DNA of 64,000 nucleotides from a virus, in the IMG/VR virus record IMGVR_UViG_3300042934_000547, positions 1 to 64,000 of that record; one strand, 5' to 3'. The notes beneath the pieces were generated by a model that saw only the letters and a program-made list of their open reading frames with translations, did not search any database and was not told the DNA's origin. The translations under genes were made by a program, and so were the position numbers. Shown piece by piece: positions 54,277 to 62,713 of this stretch. The first letter of the stretch is position 1. Every line of letters starts with the position of its first letter.

Positions 54277-55344
54277 TTATCCAGCCATAATTAAAACATT
54301 TACTTTCTTTATATCTTCATTTGGATTGGTTTCTAAGGCTTTTCCTATTATCGTTCCTTTAATCTTTAACTCTGATTTCATTCCCACACCTTCTATATCT
54401 GATGAAGTAATTAAATCTCCAGCACGTATTGGTCCGGTTACCCATACTTTAACTCTTCCAGCTAAGCCTATAGGGATAAAATTTTCTAAGTTCTCTTCAT
54501 TGGTTTTGTTTTCTTCTCCACCAAGTAAGAATCCATAGTTATCAGAAACCACTCCTACTAATAATTCCGAATTAGCTTTGGAAGAATATTTATATGTATT
54601 AGTATGAGGATCTAGCTCGATGATATAACCAGCCTCATAATCCTTATTATCATGTTTTTCAAATAACTCAGCATAGTCGTTCCATACTGCATTAGTTATC
54701 AAATCACCAGCCAACCATACACGCTTACTTGATTGAGCATATATATCGCCCTTAACAAATAATCTACCAGTATTTGAACCCAATGTCATCATTGTGACTG
54801 GATTATCAGCACCAGCATTACTACGTGATTCCCATGACCATCCATACCCTGTTGAATTTTCTACAATCTGTCTTATAGCCCATGATGATACATCACCTAA
54901 AGCTACACCAGCACCACCACCCGGGGCAGCACCAGTGATTGGTAACATAAATATTCGCCAAGTTTTTTCATAACCGGCACTATAGAATCTAATTCCGCTG
55001 GCTGCTCCTCCTGCATTAAAACTTAAACCACCAACGAGTGTAGCATTGTTTGCAATTAACCCAGCACTTCCACCTGAACCACCGAATACAAAGGAGCTAG
55101 GGATAGGTTTACTATCCTTAGCTCTATATCCAAAATAAATAGTACTTAAGGCATTACTCCCGCCAAAATTAACTTCAGAATTAAATTCAGGATATATTTT
55201 CATCAATTCATTGTATCCCGGCTGGTCAGTAGTAAATCCACTATTTCCATGCACTGTGCCTGATACATCTAAATTATTTCTTATATATGCCTTACCATTA
55301 ACAGTTAGAGTTCCATTTATAATGGTTGAGTTTAATCTACCCAT
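54277..55344 (-). CDS. tail fibre/spike paralog P1
   Basis: Same N- and C-terminal blocks with a Gly-rich divergent middle. ATG behind GGAAGTGA. Confidence 0.7.
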   Translation of the reverse strand: MGRLNSTIINGTLTVNGKAYIRNNLDVSGTVHGNSGFTTDQPGYNELMKIYPEFNSEVNFGGSNALSTIYFGYRAKDSKPIPSSFVFGGSGGSAGLIANNATLVGGLSFNAGGAASGIRFYSAGYEKTWRIFMLPITGAAPGGGAGVALGDVSSWAIRQIVENSTGYGWSWESRSNAGADNPVTMMTLGSNTGRLFVKGDIYAQSSKRVWLAGDLITNAVWNDYAELFEKHDNKDYEAGYIIELDPHTNTYKYSSKANSELLVGVVSDNYGFLLGGEENKTNEENLENFIPIGLAGRVKVWVTGPIRAGDLITSSDIEGVGMKSELKIKGTIIGKALETNPNEDIKKVNVLIMAG

Positions 55345-55356
55345 ATTATCACTTCC

Positions 55357-58300
55357 TTAATTTTCAATAATCTGCTTACAATATACGTATCCGTCATTGG
55401 TAAATATGGATTCTTTAGGATTAAGATAAAAATCCTTTCCGTCAGGGGGTTCTACATATTCCCCTTCTATATCTGAATCAAAAATAGTAATCCAGTCAAC
55501 CCCATTCGTTGATACTTCTAACTTATTTTTGTAATAACTGCGTGTATCATGACCATAATGGTTTAGATTTATTCTGGTTATTGTAGCTATATAACCTATA
55601 TCAACCTGAATATAACAGTGCTCATTAGTTGTAGTATCAATATAACCGAGAGAACCATCTCTAACATTCATACACGGTAATGCTAACATACCGCCATATA
55701 ATATATTTGGATCAAATGGAACAGCGACTGTCCTCATGGTAGCAGCATTAGTTGTACAAACTTTCCCCGTTAATATTTCTTCTTCAGTTTCGTTATAAGC
55801 CCTTAATCCAAACCAGTGATTATTTGGTCCAGTTGTGTTACCGGCAATCCAGTTTCTTATATATCTAATAGGCATTCCACCAGCAATTACTTCAGATGCA
55901 TCTAAAATACCTTTATCAGAAACATTTCCTCCAGAATTAAATGGCATTATCATATTTTGTGGAAAGGTTATATTTTTAAATGTCATACCACCAAATCTCC
56001 ATGGTTTATATCCCGGTCCATAACCAGCAAATATTCCAACCCTTACATATTTGGTTCCTACCCAGAAATTACCTATTTTTGGATTGAATTTAAATGAGTA
56101 TTTAGTCCATTGTTGAGGTATTGAACCACTGAATGGGTAAATATATGTGCCACCATCATAATCGTTAGATACTTTCGTTCCAGCCTTAATTAATCCACGA
56201 CTCCATGGATTTAATAGTGTGATAACATTTCCTTCTACCTTAAGATAATAATCATCTATTCTAGCTACTTCATAATTCCTATATTCAGGTCTATCAAATA
56301 TACCTATTTTCTTATCGTATCGTCTGACACCCGGTTCAAGATTGTTCCAATTGACTCCAGATGTTAACTGTACTGTAGTATCACCATCTTTTAAATCAGC
56401 AGCCAAAGTAGTTCTAGTATTTCCAACATTAGACACCATAGAAACACTTATAGGTTTCATCTCTCGATCATAACAAGCAACACACATATATCCCAGAGAT
56501 AGTTCAGTAGTTGTACTACGTAACCACATATTGAATTCATAAACGCCATTATCATTATTAATCGGAATCAATGTATCATCAAAAACTTCACCATATCCCG
56601 GGAAATCTATACAACCATTACCAAATACACCATCTGTAGCAATAAAAGTCCCAGTGATTGGAGCAAAAATCCCGTGTCCAGAATTTTGAAACCCCCTTAT
56701 CGACTTATCTTCCAATCTACCATTCCAAACTAAGTTGTCGTCATCATTTTCAACTATTTCTTCACAAAATAAACTTCCTTTATCATCAATGAATGCACGT
56801 GTCTCATAAACTTCTTTAACATCTTGTGCACTAAGTGCATTAGCATATATTCTCACATCGTCAATAACTCCATTGAAATGTCTACTTGGTGATGTACCTT
56901 GCTGTTCCCCACCTATATATATTTCACCTGTATTAGTAAAATATCCAGTATTTACAACAGTGTGTTTTAATTCTCCATTTATATAGAACTTCAAATTATC
57001 CGATTCCCAAACGAGTGTTAACATACTCCATTGATTTAACGGAATTACCTGTCCAGTATAATCGTGATATCCGGGTGTAACTTTACCATATGCATGTGCT
57101 GATAAATATCCATCTTTATTAATTGTAAGATATATTCCTTTGTATCTCAAAATCATATCCCTATCACTAATTATTTGTCTCGCTATTGGGTATACCCAAG
57201 TTGTTAATGTAGCCGTTTGATACACTAATATATTTGGTTGTACTTTTACTAATCCTTGAGTATCCATAAATCTCATAGCATTACTACCAACTTTAGTATT
57301 AGATGAAATGATAGATGGAGAAAATATTGATAGAGTTTCTGATATATCCTCATGAAAATCACTACTATCAGTTATAATAGCATGTCTTATTCCATTGACA
57401 AATGGTGTAACATGGTCTTTAGCTTCCAATTGTGGAGCACAAAACCAAGTTCTTTGAGATTCACCATTTGGATTTCCAAAAAAGAATTCAAAACTTAACG
57501 ATTTAGATTGACTGTCCATTGGATTTAAAAATGGTTGCCAAATTATTCTATGCCATTCATCATCGCCCGGAACATTTATGTATTCACTATTATATCTACC
57601 AACTTCAGAATTATCAGCTGTATAGAATTTAATTCTAAAGTTAGAGTCTCTTGTTTTCACATATAACGAACAAGTGTATGTTTTTCCGGGTTCTTGTGGA
57701 GCATAATCTCCATAGCTATACCAATAACATTCTGCTGCGGAACTTCTATAGAAACTAACTACTGGAGAACTTATACCTTTAGGTGGTTCTATATCATTCC
57801 ATATTATTCCGGTGCAATAAGTTTTACTCCAACCAACATCTAAGTCAGTATTAATAATCACATTTTGTGTAGATTCTTCATATGGATTGTCAAACTTATA
57901 ATGAGCGATTTTAGTTCTATAAAGATCTCTAACTTCCTTTTGTGATAGCGTGTGATTGTATACTCTTATATCGTTCATTCTTATGGGAAGAACGGCATTT
58001 GGACCATTTCCAGCATATACGGTAGGTAAGTTAATGAAAAAATTTGATATATATCGAGTATTAGTGGTTGATGGTTTTATACTAGTTAATTTTTGTGAAT
58101 TTATTAAATTTCCATCGAGAAAGACGGATATTGTTTGATTAAGTTTATCATAGGTTACATATACATGAACCCATTTATTATAAGGAATTATTTCACTTAT
58201 AGTGATTCCATATGACGCATCTGAGCGTACTGTTGCCAGTAATGATATATCAATTTTATTTGATACCCATGTTAATGCCAATCCACCATAAGCATTATAA

Positions 58301-58587
58301 CCTAATAATGTTCCAGTAGGGGTTGTAGATATGGTATCTGTGACTATAGTTGATAAATGAGCTTTACATTCGGTTTCATCGAAATAAAGCCATCCACCGA
58401 ATGAACAGTCAGTTTTAAATAAACCCCATTCCTCATATTTAATACCAGTATCTATAGAATATGGAATTTTCATACAAGTCCCTAGCATACCATTATTAAT
58501 TTTAGTACCTCCAGTTACTGGTGTATTTTTGTTTCTTATTATATCAATTGTGTCCTGTGTAAACGGATAATGTGCTATCAATCCCAT
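55357..58587 (-). CDS. giant LamG + discoidin-like receptor-binding protein L1 (1076 aa)
   Basis: MGLIAHYPFTQD is a LamG_3-type start, with two DD.R.Y...LS..E...LY LamG end motifs. C-terminal RYIRNWIAGN..., YIQVDIGYIATITRINLNHYG and LEVSTNGVDW are F5/8-type-C-like. It ends with YCKQIIEN. Confidence 0.75.
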   Translation of the reverse strand: MGLIAHYPFTQDTIDIIRNKNTPVTGGTKINNGMLGTCMKIPYSIDTGIKYEEWGLFKTDCSFGGWLYFDETECKAHLSTIVTDTISTTPTGTLLGYNAYGGLALTWVSNKIDISLLATVRSDASYGITISEIIPYNKWVHVYVTYDKLNQTISVFLDGNLINSQKLTSIKPSTTNTRYISNFFINLPTVYAGNGPNAVLPIRMNDIRVYNHTLSQKEVRDLYRTKIAHYKFDNPYEESTQNVIINTDLDVGWSKTYCTGIIWNDIEPPKGISSPVVSFYRSSAAECYWYSYGDYAPQEPGKTYTCSLYVKTRDSNFRIKFYTADNSEVGRYNSEYINVPGDDEWHRIIWQPFLNPMDSQSKSLSFEFFFGNPNGESQRTWFCAPQLEAKDHVTPFVNGIRHAIITDSSDFHEDISETLSIFSPSIISSNTKVGSNAMRFMDTQGLVKVQPNILVYQTATLTTWVYPIARQIISDRDMILRYKGIYLTINKDGYLSAHAYGKVTPGYHDYTGQVIPLNQWSMLTLVWESDNLKFYINGELKHTVVNTGYFTNTGEIYIGGEQQGTSPSRHFNGVIDDVRIYANALSAQDVKEVYETRAFIDDKGSLFCEEIVENDDDNLVWNGRLEDKSIRGFQNSGHGIFAPITGTFIATDGVFGNGCIDFPGYGEVFDDTLIPINNDNGVYEFNMWLRSTTTELSLGYMCVACYDREMKPISVSMVSNVGNTRTTLAADLKDGDTTVQLTSGVNWNNLEPGVRRYDKKIGIFDRPEYRNYEVARIDDYYLKVEGNVITLLNPWSRGLIKAGTKVSNDYDGGTYIYPFSGSIPQQWTKYSFKFNPKIGNFWVGTKYVRVGIFAGYGPGYKPWRFGGMTFKNITFPQNMIMPFNSGGNVSDKGILDASEVIAGGMPIRYIRNWIAGNTTGPNNHWFGLRAYNETEEEILTGKVCTTNAATMRTVAVPFDPNILYGGMLALPCMNVRDGSLGYIDTTTNEHCYIQVDIGYIATITRINLNHYGHDTRSYYKNKLEVSTNGVDWITIFDSDIEGEYVEPPDGKDFYLNPKESIFTNDGYVYCKQIIEN

Positions 58588-58601
58588 ATCTTCTCACTTC
58601 C

Positions 58602-61600
58602 TTAATTTTCAACAATTTGTTTACAATATAGATATCCATCATTGGTTAATATAGCTTCCTTAGGATTGAGATAAAACTCTCTTCCACTACTAGTTTCTGC
58701 ATATTCTCCATCCGCATTTGAATCAAATATTGTAGTCCAATTAACTCCATCAGTCGACACTTCTAATTTATTTCCGTGATAAGTTCGACCGTCGGAATAA
58801 TAATGCCATAATTTTATTTTGTTTATTGATGTAATGTATCCTATATCTACAGTAAGATATGGAACTGCCTCAACATAATTATTTGTATTTAAATTTCCAT
58901 TACATAATGCTGAACGAGGTCCTCCATATATAGGATAAAATAATCCAGCAATACCAGCATGTGCCACGGGAGTTTCTATTGTTAATTTGCCCAAAATGAT
59001 ATTCTCATCAACTTCATTATATGCTTCCATTTGAACCCAATGATTTCCACCATTAGCTGTGCTACCATTAATATGATTTCGTATATATCTAACGGGCATA
59101 CCACATGTAACAACTTCAGATGTATTTAAAATACCTTTTTCAGAAAGATCGCCACCATAGTTAAATGGAATTATTTTATTTTGAGGTGACGTTAAATTCT
59201 TCACAACTATTCCGCCAAATCTCCATGGAGTATACACTGAATTTACAGGTCTTGAGCTAATACCGAATAAAACATATTTAGTACCTGCACGAAAACTATT
59301 ATAACCGGGACCATATTTAGCCGAATAATTAGTCCATACTTGTGGATAATTTGGGATATGCGGGTATGAATATGTGCTACCACTAAAACAGTTAGCAACA
59401 TAGGTTCCAGCTTTAATTAATCCTCCATTCCATGGTTGAGTTAAAATAATTGTATTTCCTTCGACTCTGAAAAAATAAGCATTTAAACGTGACACTTCGT
59501 AGTTTCTGAATTCTGAATGATCAAATATACCAATCTGCTTAGTATGGTGTTGAAGTGTTGGATCAGTGTTAACCCAGCTTGCACTAGAAGTAAGCTGTAC
59601 GATGGTATCTCCGTCTTTTAAATCAGCAGCAAGTGTTGTTCTTGTAGCTGCATAATGCATAGTTCGGTCATGTGTAAGAAACCTTTTATCTTTATCAAAA
59701 CAAATAATAGAAACATATCCAGACGCCAATTCAGCACTCATACTACGTAGCCAAATATCAAATTGATAAACATCGTTTGTATTAATAGGAATAAGATAGT
59801 TTATATAATTCGAAATAGTACCATGACCTTGAAAATCCATGCATCCGTTACCAAATACACTATCAGTTGAAATAAATTGTCCACTTGTATCGGTACTAGT
59901 GGATTCAAATCGACCAAACCCCTTATTAGATTTATCTTCGAATCGACCATTCCAAACTAAATTATCGTCGTATTCTTCAATTATCTCTTCACAAAATAAA
60001 GCTCCTTTATCATCGATAAATGCACGAGTTTCATAAAGTTCTTTAATATCTTCTACGGTAAGTTGATTAGCATATATTCTAAAATCATCAATAAACCCAT
60101 TCATATCCCAACCTGAATGATAGTTGTTGATAAACAAATAAGCCCATGCGGATAGATTTACTCCCAATAAAGTATACAAATGCCATTTACCGTCATTAAC
60201 TGGTGCATAGCCTACATTTCCATCTATAAAAATCATAATAGCACCAGCAGCACTATGATAGAAATTACCAACTCCTTCAGCAGTAGCCATTATATAATTA
60301 GAACCATTTCCATAATCTAGACCAGTTCCATTCATGAATAACCAATTAGTTAATACATCTGAATTTTTAAACCAGAAACTTATGGTACCATTAATAAGAG
60401 CAGTTTTAACTATATCTGGTATTCTAATTGATTGATGTGTTTTAGCAAATCTAAGAGCACCACTACCAATTTTAGAATCGTTAGTAATGGTAATTGGATT
60501 AAACAAAAGCGTTCCATCATTATGAAAATCACTACTATCAGATATAACAGCATTTCGTATACCATTTACATATGGAGTATAATGATCTTTCTTCTCAAGT
60601 TGCACATCTCGAACCAAAATGAATGTATTGGTATTAGGTATAGACATCAATACATAAAATCTATAATATGAATTAACTTCAGCTACGAATGTTTTACTAA
60701 ATTGCCGTTCTTTAACGTTATGAGTTTTTGAATCAAATAAATTTACATCAGCACCATCTTTATATAGACCGAGATGTAATAGAATATTATCATTACTTTG
60801 TATTTTCAGTGAAACTGTATATGTAACACCAGCTACTAATCCCGTATAATCTTGATACATTCCCGGAGTAGAAGAAGCTTGGTTAGATTTACATTTAATA
60901 TAATCTATCCCATCTATTGTTTCCTTTGATAAAGTCACATTCTGATTAGGTTTCCATGATGCTAAATTTTCGCCATTTACAAATAGATTCTCAGTAGATT
61001 CTTCATATAGATTATCAAATTTATAATGACATATCTTAGTCTTGTAAATATCTTTAGCTTCTTTCTGTGATAGAGTATGGTCATAAACTCTCACATCATT
61101 ATAAAGTCCAGTAGTAGTATAGCTATTATAATTTACACTCCATTGATTTATCTGTAATGGCTGTTCAGTAAACTTAACTTTTATGGATGGTATAAACGAA
61201 TTAGTTAACACACCATTTACATAAAAACATATTTTATTTTCTTGTAAGTTATAAGTTAATATGATATGATACCATTCATTCAGATTTATTATTGGTCCAA
61301 GAAATTCATCCCAACTCCTATTTCCATTTATATATCCAACGGATGCTGATAATCTATTACCTGCTAGATTAATTCCAATATTTGATGTATTTACATAATT
61401 ATGCATAGTTAATATAGCTGTGGGACTAGTTGAATATGCGGTTAGTTTAACCCACAAACAAAAACTTTGATCCCCATTTAAATAGAAATTTCTATTAGAT
61501 GAAGCATATGCACCAATAACTGATGCTGTATAACACTTACCTAGTTTTCCGTTACTATCAATATTAAATCCATTATATCCAATTAAATGGTTATCATTTC

Positions 61601-61652
61601 CAGTATAATCTAGTAAATTTTCCATTAGTGGGTAATGGGCTAATAAACTCAT
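58602..61652 (-). CDS. giant LamG + discoidin-like receptor-binding protein L2 (paralog of L1)
   Basis: Collinear with L1, with identical blocks such as YETRAFIDDKG.LFCEEI, DDNLVWNGR and TRTTLAADLKDGDT. It ends with YCKQIVEN. Start at ATG 61652 (MSLLAHYPL) behind GGAGGTGAGG. Confidence 0.75.
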   Translation of the reverse strand: MSLLAHYPLMENLLDYTGNDNHLIGYNGFNIDSNGKLGKCYTASVIGAYASSNRNFYLNGDQSFCLWVKLTAYSTSPTAILTMHNYVNTSNIGINLAGNRLSASVGYINGNRSWDEFLGPIINLNEWYHIILTYNLQENKICFYVNGVLTNSFIPSIKVKFTEQPLQINQWSVNYNSYTTTGLYNDVRVYDHTLSQKEAKDIYKTKICHYKFDNLYEESTENLFVNGENLASWKPNQNVTLSKETIDGIDYIKCKSNQASSTPGMYQDYTGLVAGVTYTVSLKIQSNDNILLHLGLYKDGADVNLFDSKTHNVKERQFSKTFVAEVNSYYRFYVLMSIPNTNTFILVRDVQLEKKDHYTPYVNGIRNAVISDSSDFHNDGTLLFNPITITNDSKIGSGALRFAKTHQSIRIPDIVKTALINGTISFWFKNSDVLTNWLFMNGTGLDYGNGSNYIMATAEGVGNFYHSAAGAIMIFIDGNVGYAPVNDGKWHLYTLLGVNLSAWAYLFINNYHSGWDMNGFIDDFRIYANQLTVEDIKELYETRAFIDDKGALFCEEIIEEYDDNLVWNGRFEDKSNKGFGRFESTSTDTSGQFISTDSVFGNGCMDFQGHGTISNYINYLIPINTNDVYQFDIWLRSMSAELASGYVSIICFDKDKRFLTHDRTMHYAATRTTLAADLKDGDTIVQLTSSASWVNTDPTLQHHTKQIGIFDHSEFRNYEVSRLNAYFFRVEGNTIILTQPWNGGLIKAGTYVANCFSGSTYSYPHIPNYPQVWTNYSAKYGPGYNSFRAGTKYVLFGISSRPVNSVYTPWRFGGIVVKNLTSPQNKIIPFNYGGDLSEKGILNTSEVVTCGMPVRYIRNHINGSTANGGNHWVQMEAYNEVDENIILGKLTIETPVAHAGIAGLFYPIYGGPRSALCNGNLNTNNYVEAVPYLTVDIGYITSINKIKLWHYYSDGRTYHGNKLEVSTDGVNWTTIFDSNADGEYAETSSGREFYLNPKEAILTNDGYLYCKQIVEN

Positions 61653-61686
61653 ATTCCTCACCTCCATTGTAATTTAAGCAAAATAA

Positions 61687-61715
61687 ATGTAGGAAGATAT
61701 AATACCTTCCTACAT
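61687..61715 (-). terminator. hairpin terminator
   Basis: ATGTAGGAAG-atataatac-CTTCCTACAT, followed on the minus strand by ATTTATTTTGC. Confidence 0.6.
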
Positions 61716-61741
61716 TATTAATTATATGTCTTTTTAAATAA

Positions 61742-62695
61742 TTATAAGTCAGAAGCTAATAACATAGACGGTACTGGTCTCATATTAGCACCACTACTTG
61801 GTCTTTGGAATACTCCGCCGTTACCATCTGGAACTCTATATTGAGTAGAACCACCACTATCTAATCCAAGGATTAATATACAACCTAAATCTCTCATATG
61901 TTGTATACACTCTTGTCTTTCGAATTGGTAATGTCTAGCTAATATAATATATCCATCATGGGTTACACCAATGCTTGTATGGTCAGTCATTCTCAATACA
62001 TCTCCATATATACCAGAGAAACCTTCTTCTGCTGGATTGAATACTGGATATAATCCTATACCACCAATAGCCCAGAAGTATGGTTTAGTAATTTCAGACA
62101 CATTCTTGATCAATTCGATATTAAATGTTCCATCTTGATACGCTACTAAAGTTCTTTGAGGATACCATTTTGATACAGGCTCCCAAGGAACAGCATGAGA
62201 TGCATACTCACATAATATTTCGTCTTCTACTGCCAATATCCCTGCATGTGCCCATATAGGAGCAGTATTATTGGTATTAGGTATTAGTCTCTTACTTTCA
62301 TAACCAAAGAATGTTCCATTCATACCAAATTTATTGATTTGCTCAATTGTATAAGCCTGTTTGATATTTGGTTCAAATCCCATTCCTTTTTCTGGACCTT
62401 CCCATATAGCAAAGTTTGCAGGATGCATTTTAATGTATCTAACTCCTTCATTATAAGGACTAACCCCATGGATAGTTTTTATTGTGGATTTGTTTATAAA
62501 CTCATAAATATTACCAGTAGGAGTAGTTGTTTTTGTTATCCTATTAGTCGGCTCTGGTGTAATATTTAACATTTTGCATCCAAAAGCATATAAATCACAC
62601 CATCTGACATTAGATTCCATCTCCTGTTTATCTAATGTAATTCCATGTTGTTGTAATGCATTAAAATATCTGTCTCCCCAATGTTGGTCTAACAT
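61742..62695 (-). CDS. phosphodiester glycosidase (NAGPA/DUF2233) family protein
   Basis: KFGMNGTFFGYE (iNggfF-like), a middle G.I.V.DG-type block, and LGCILILGLDSGGSTQY (nLDGGGS motif). AAGAGGTGA RBS. Embedded among the fibre genes. Confidence 0.6.
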   Translation of the reverse strand: MLDQHWGDRYFNALQQHGITLDKQEMESNVRWCDLYAFGCKMLNITPEPTNRITKTTTPTGNIYEFINKSTIKTIHGVSPYNEGVRYIKMHPANFAIWEGPEKGMGFEPNIKQAYTIEQINKFGMNGTFFGYESKRLIPNTNNTAPIWAHAGILAVEDEILCEYASHAVPWEPVSKWYPQRTLVAYQDGTFNIELIKNVSEITKPYFWAIGGIGLYPVFNPAEEGFSGIYGDVLRMTDHTSIGVTHDGYIILARHYQFERQECIQHMRDLGCILILGLDSGGSTQYRVPDGNGGVFQRPSSGANMRPVPSMLLASDL

Positions 62696-62713
62696 ATTAA
62701 ATCACCTCTTTCA

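Noticed and set aside
52121-54538. Three plus-strand ORFs (52121-52444, 53319-53558, 54326-54538) whose translations share DFIPTPSI..VIKSP, which looks like a conserved gene family.
   Set aside because: The conservation is a by-product. They are antisense to the highly conserved C-terminal domain of the three minus-strand fibre paralogs. They have no RBS and there are no plus-strand neighbours.
4454-62569. About 30 further short track ORFs (60-107 aa) embedded in, and mostly antisense to, longer genes. Examples: 4454-4711, 8446-8694, 9810-10010, 10269-10463, 12982-13167, 16887-17069, 21480-21782, 22298-22621, 24154-24345, 25811-25996, 33251-33508, 34933-35169, 39247-39489, 40485-40688, 41729-41995, 42193-42405, 43689-43877, 45302-45532, 47756-48004, 48567-48761, 50556-50756, 51299-51523, 51532-51774, 55835-56023, 57956-58138, 59839-60036, 60432-60671, 62339-62569.
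   Set aside because: They are fully or largely embedded in much longer ORFs that have RBSs and recognisable motifs. They lack SD sequences. Their Ile/Leu/Phe/Ser-rich translations are what the antisense of AT-rich coding DNA produces.
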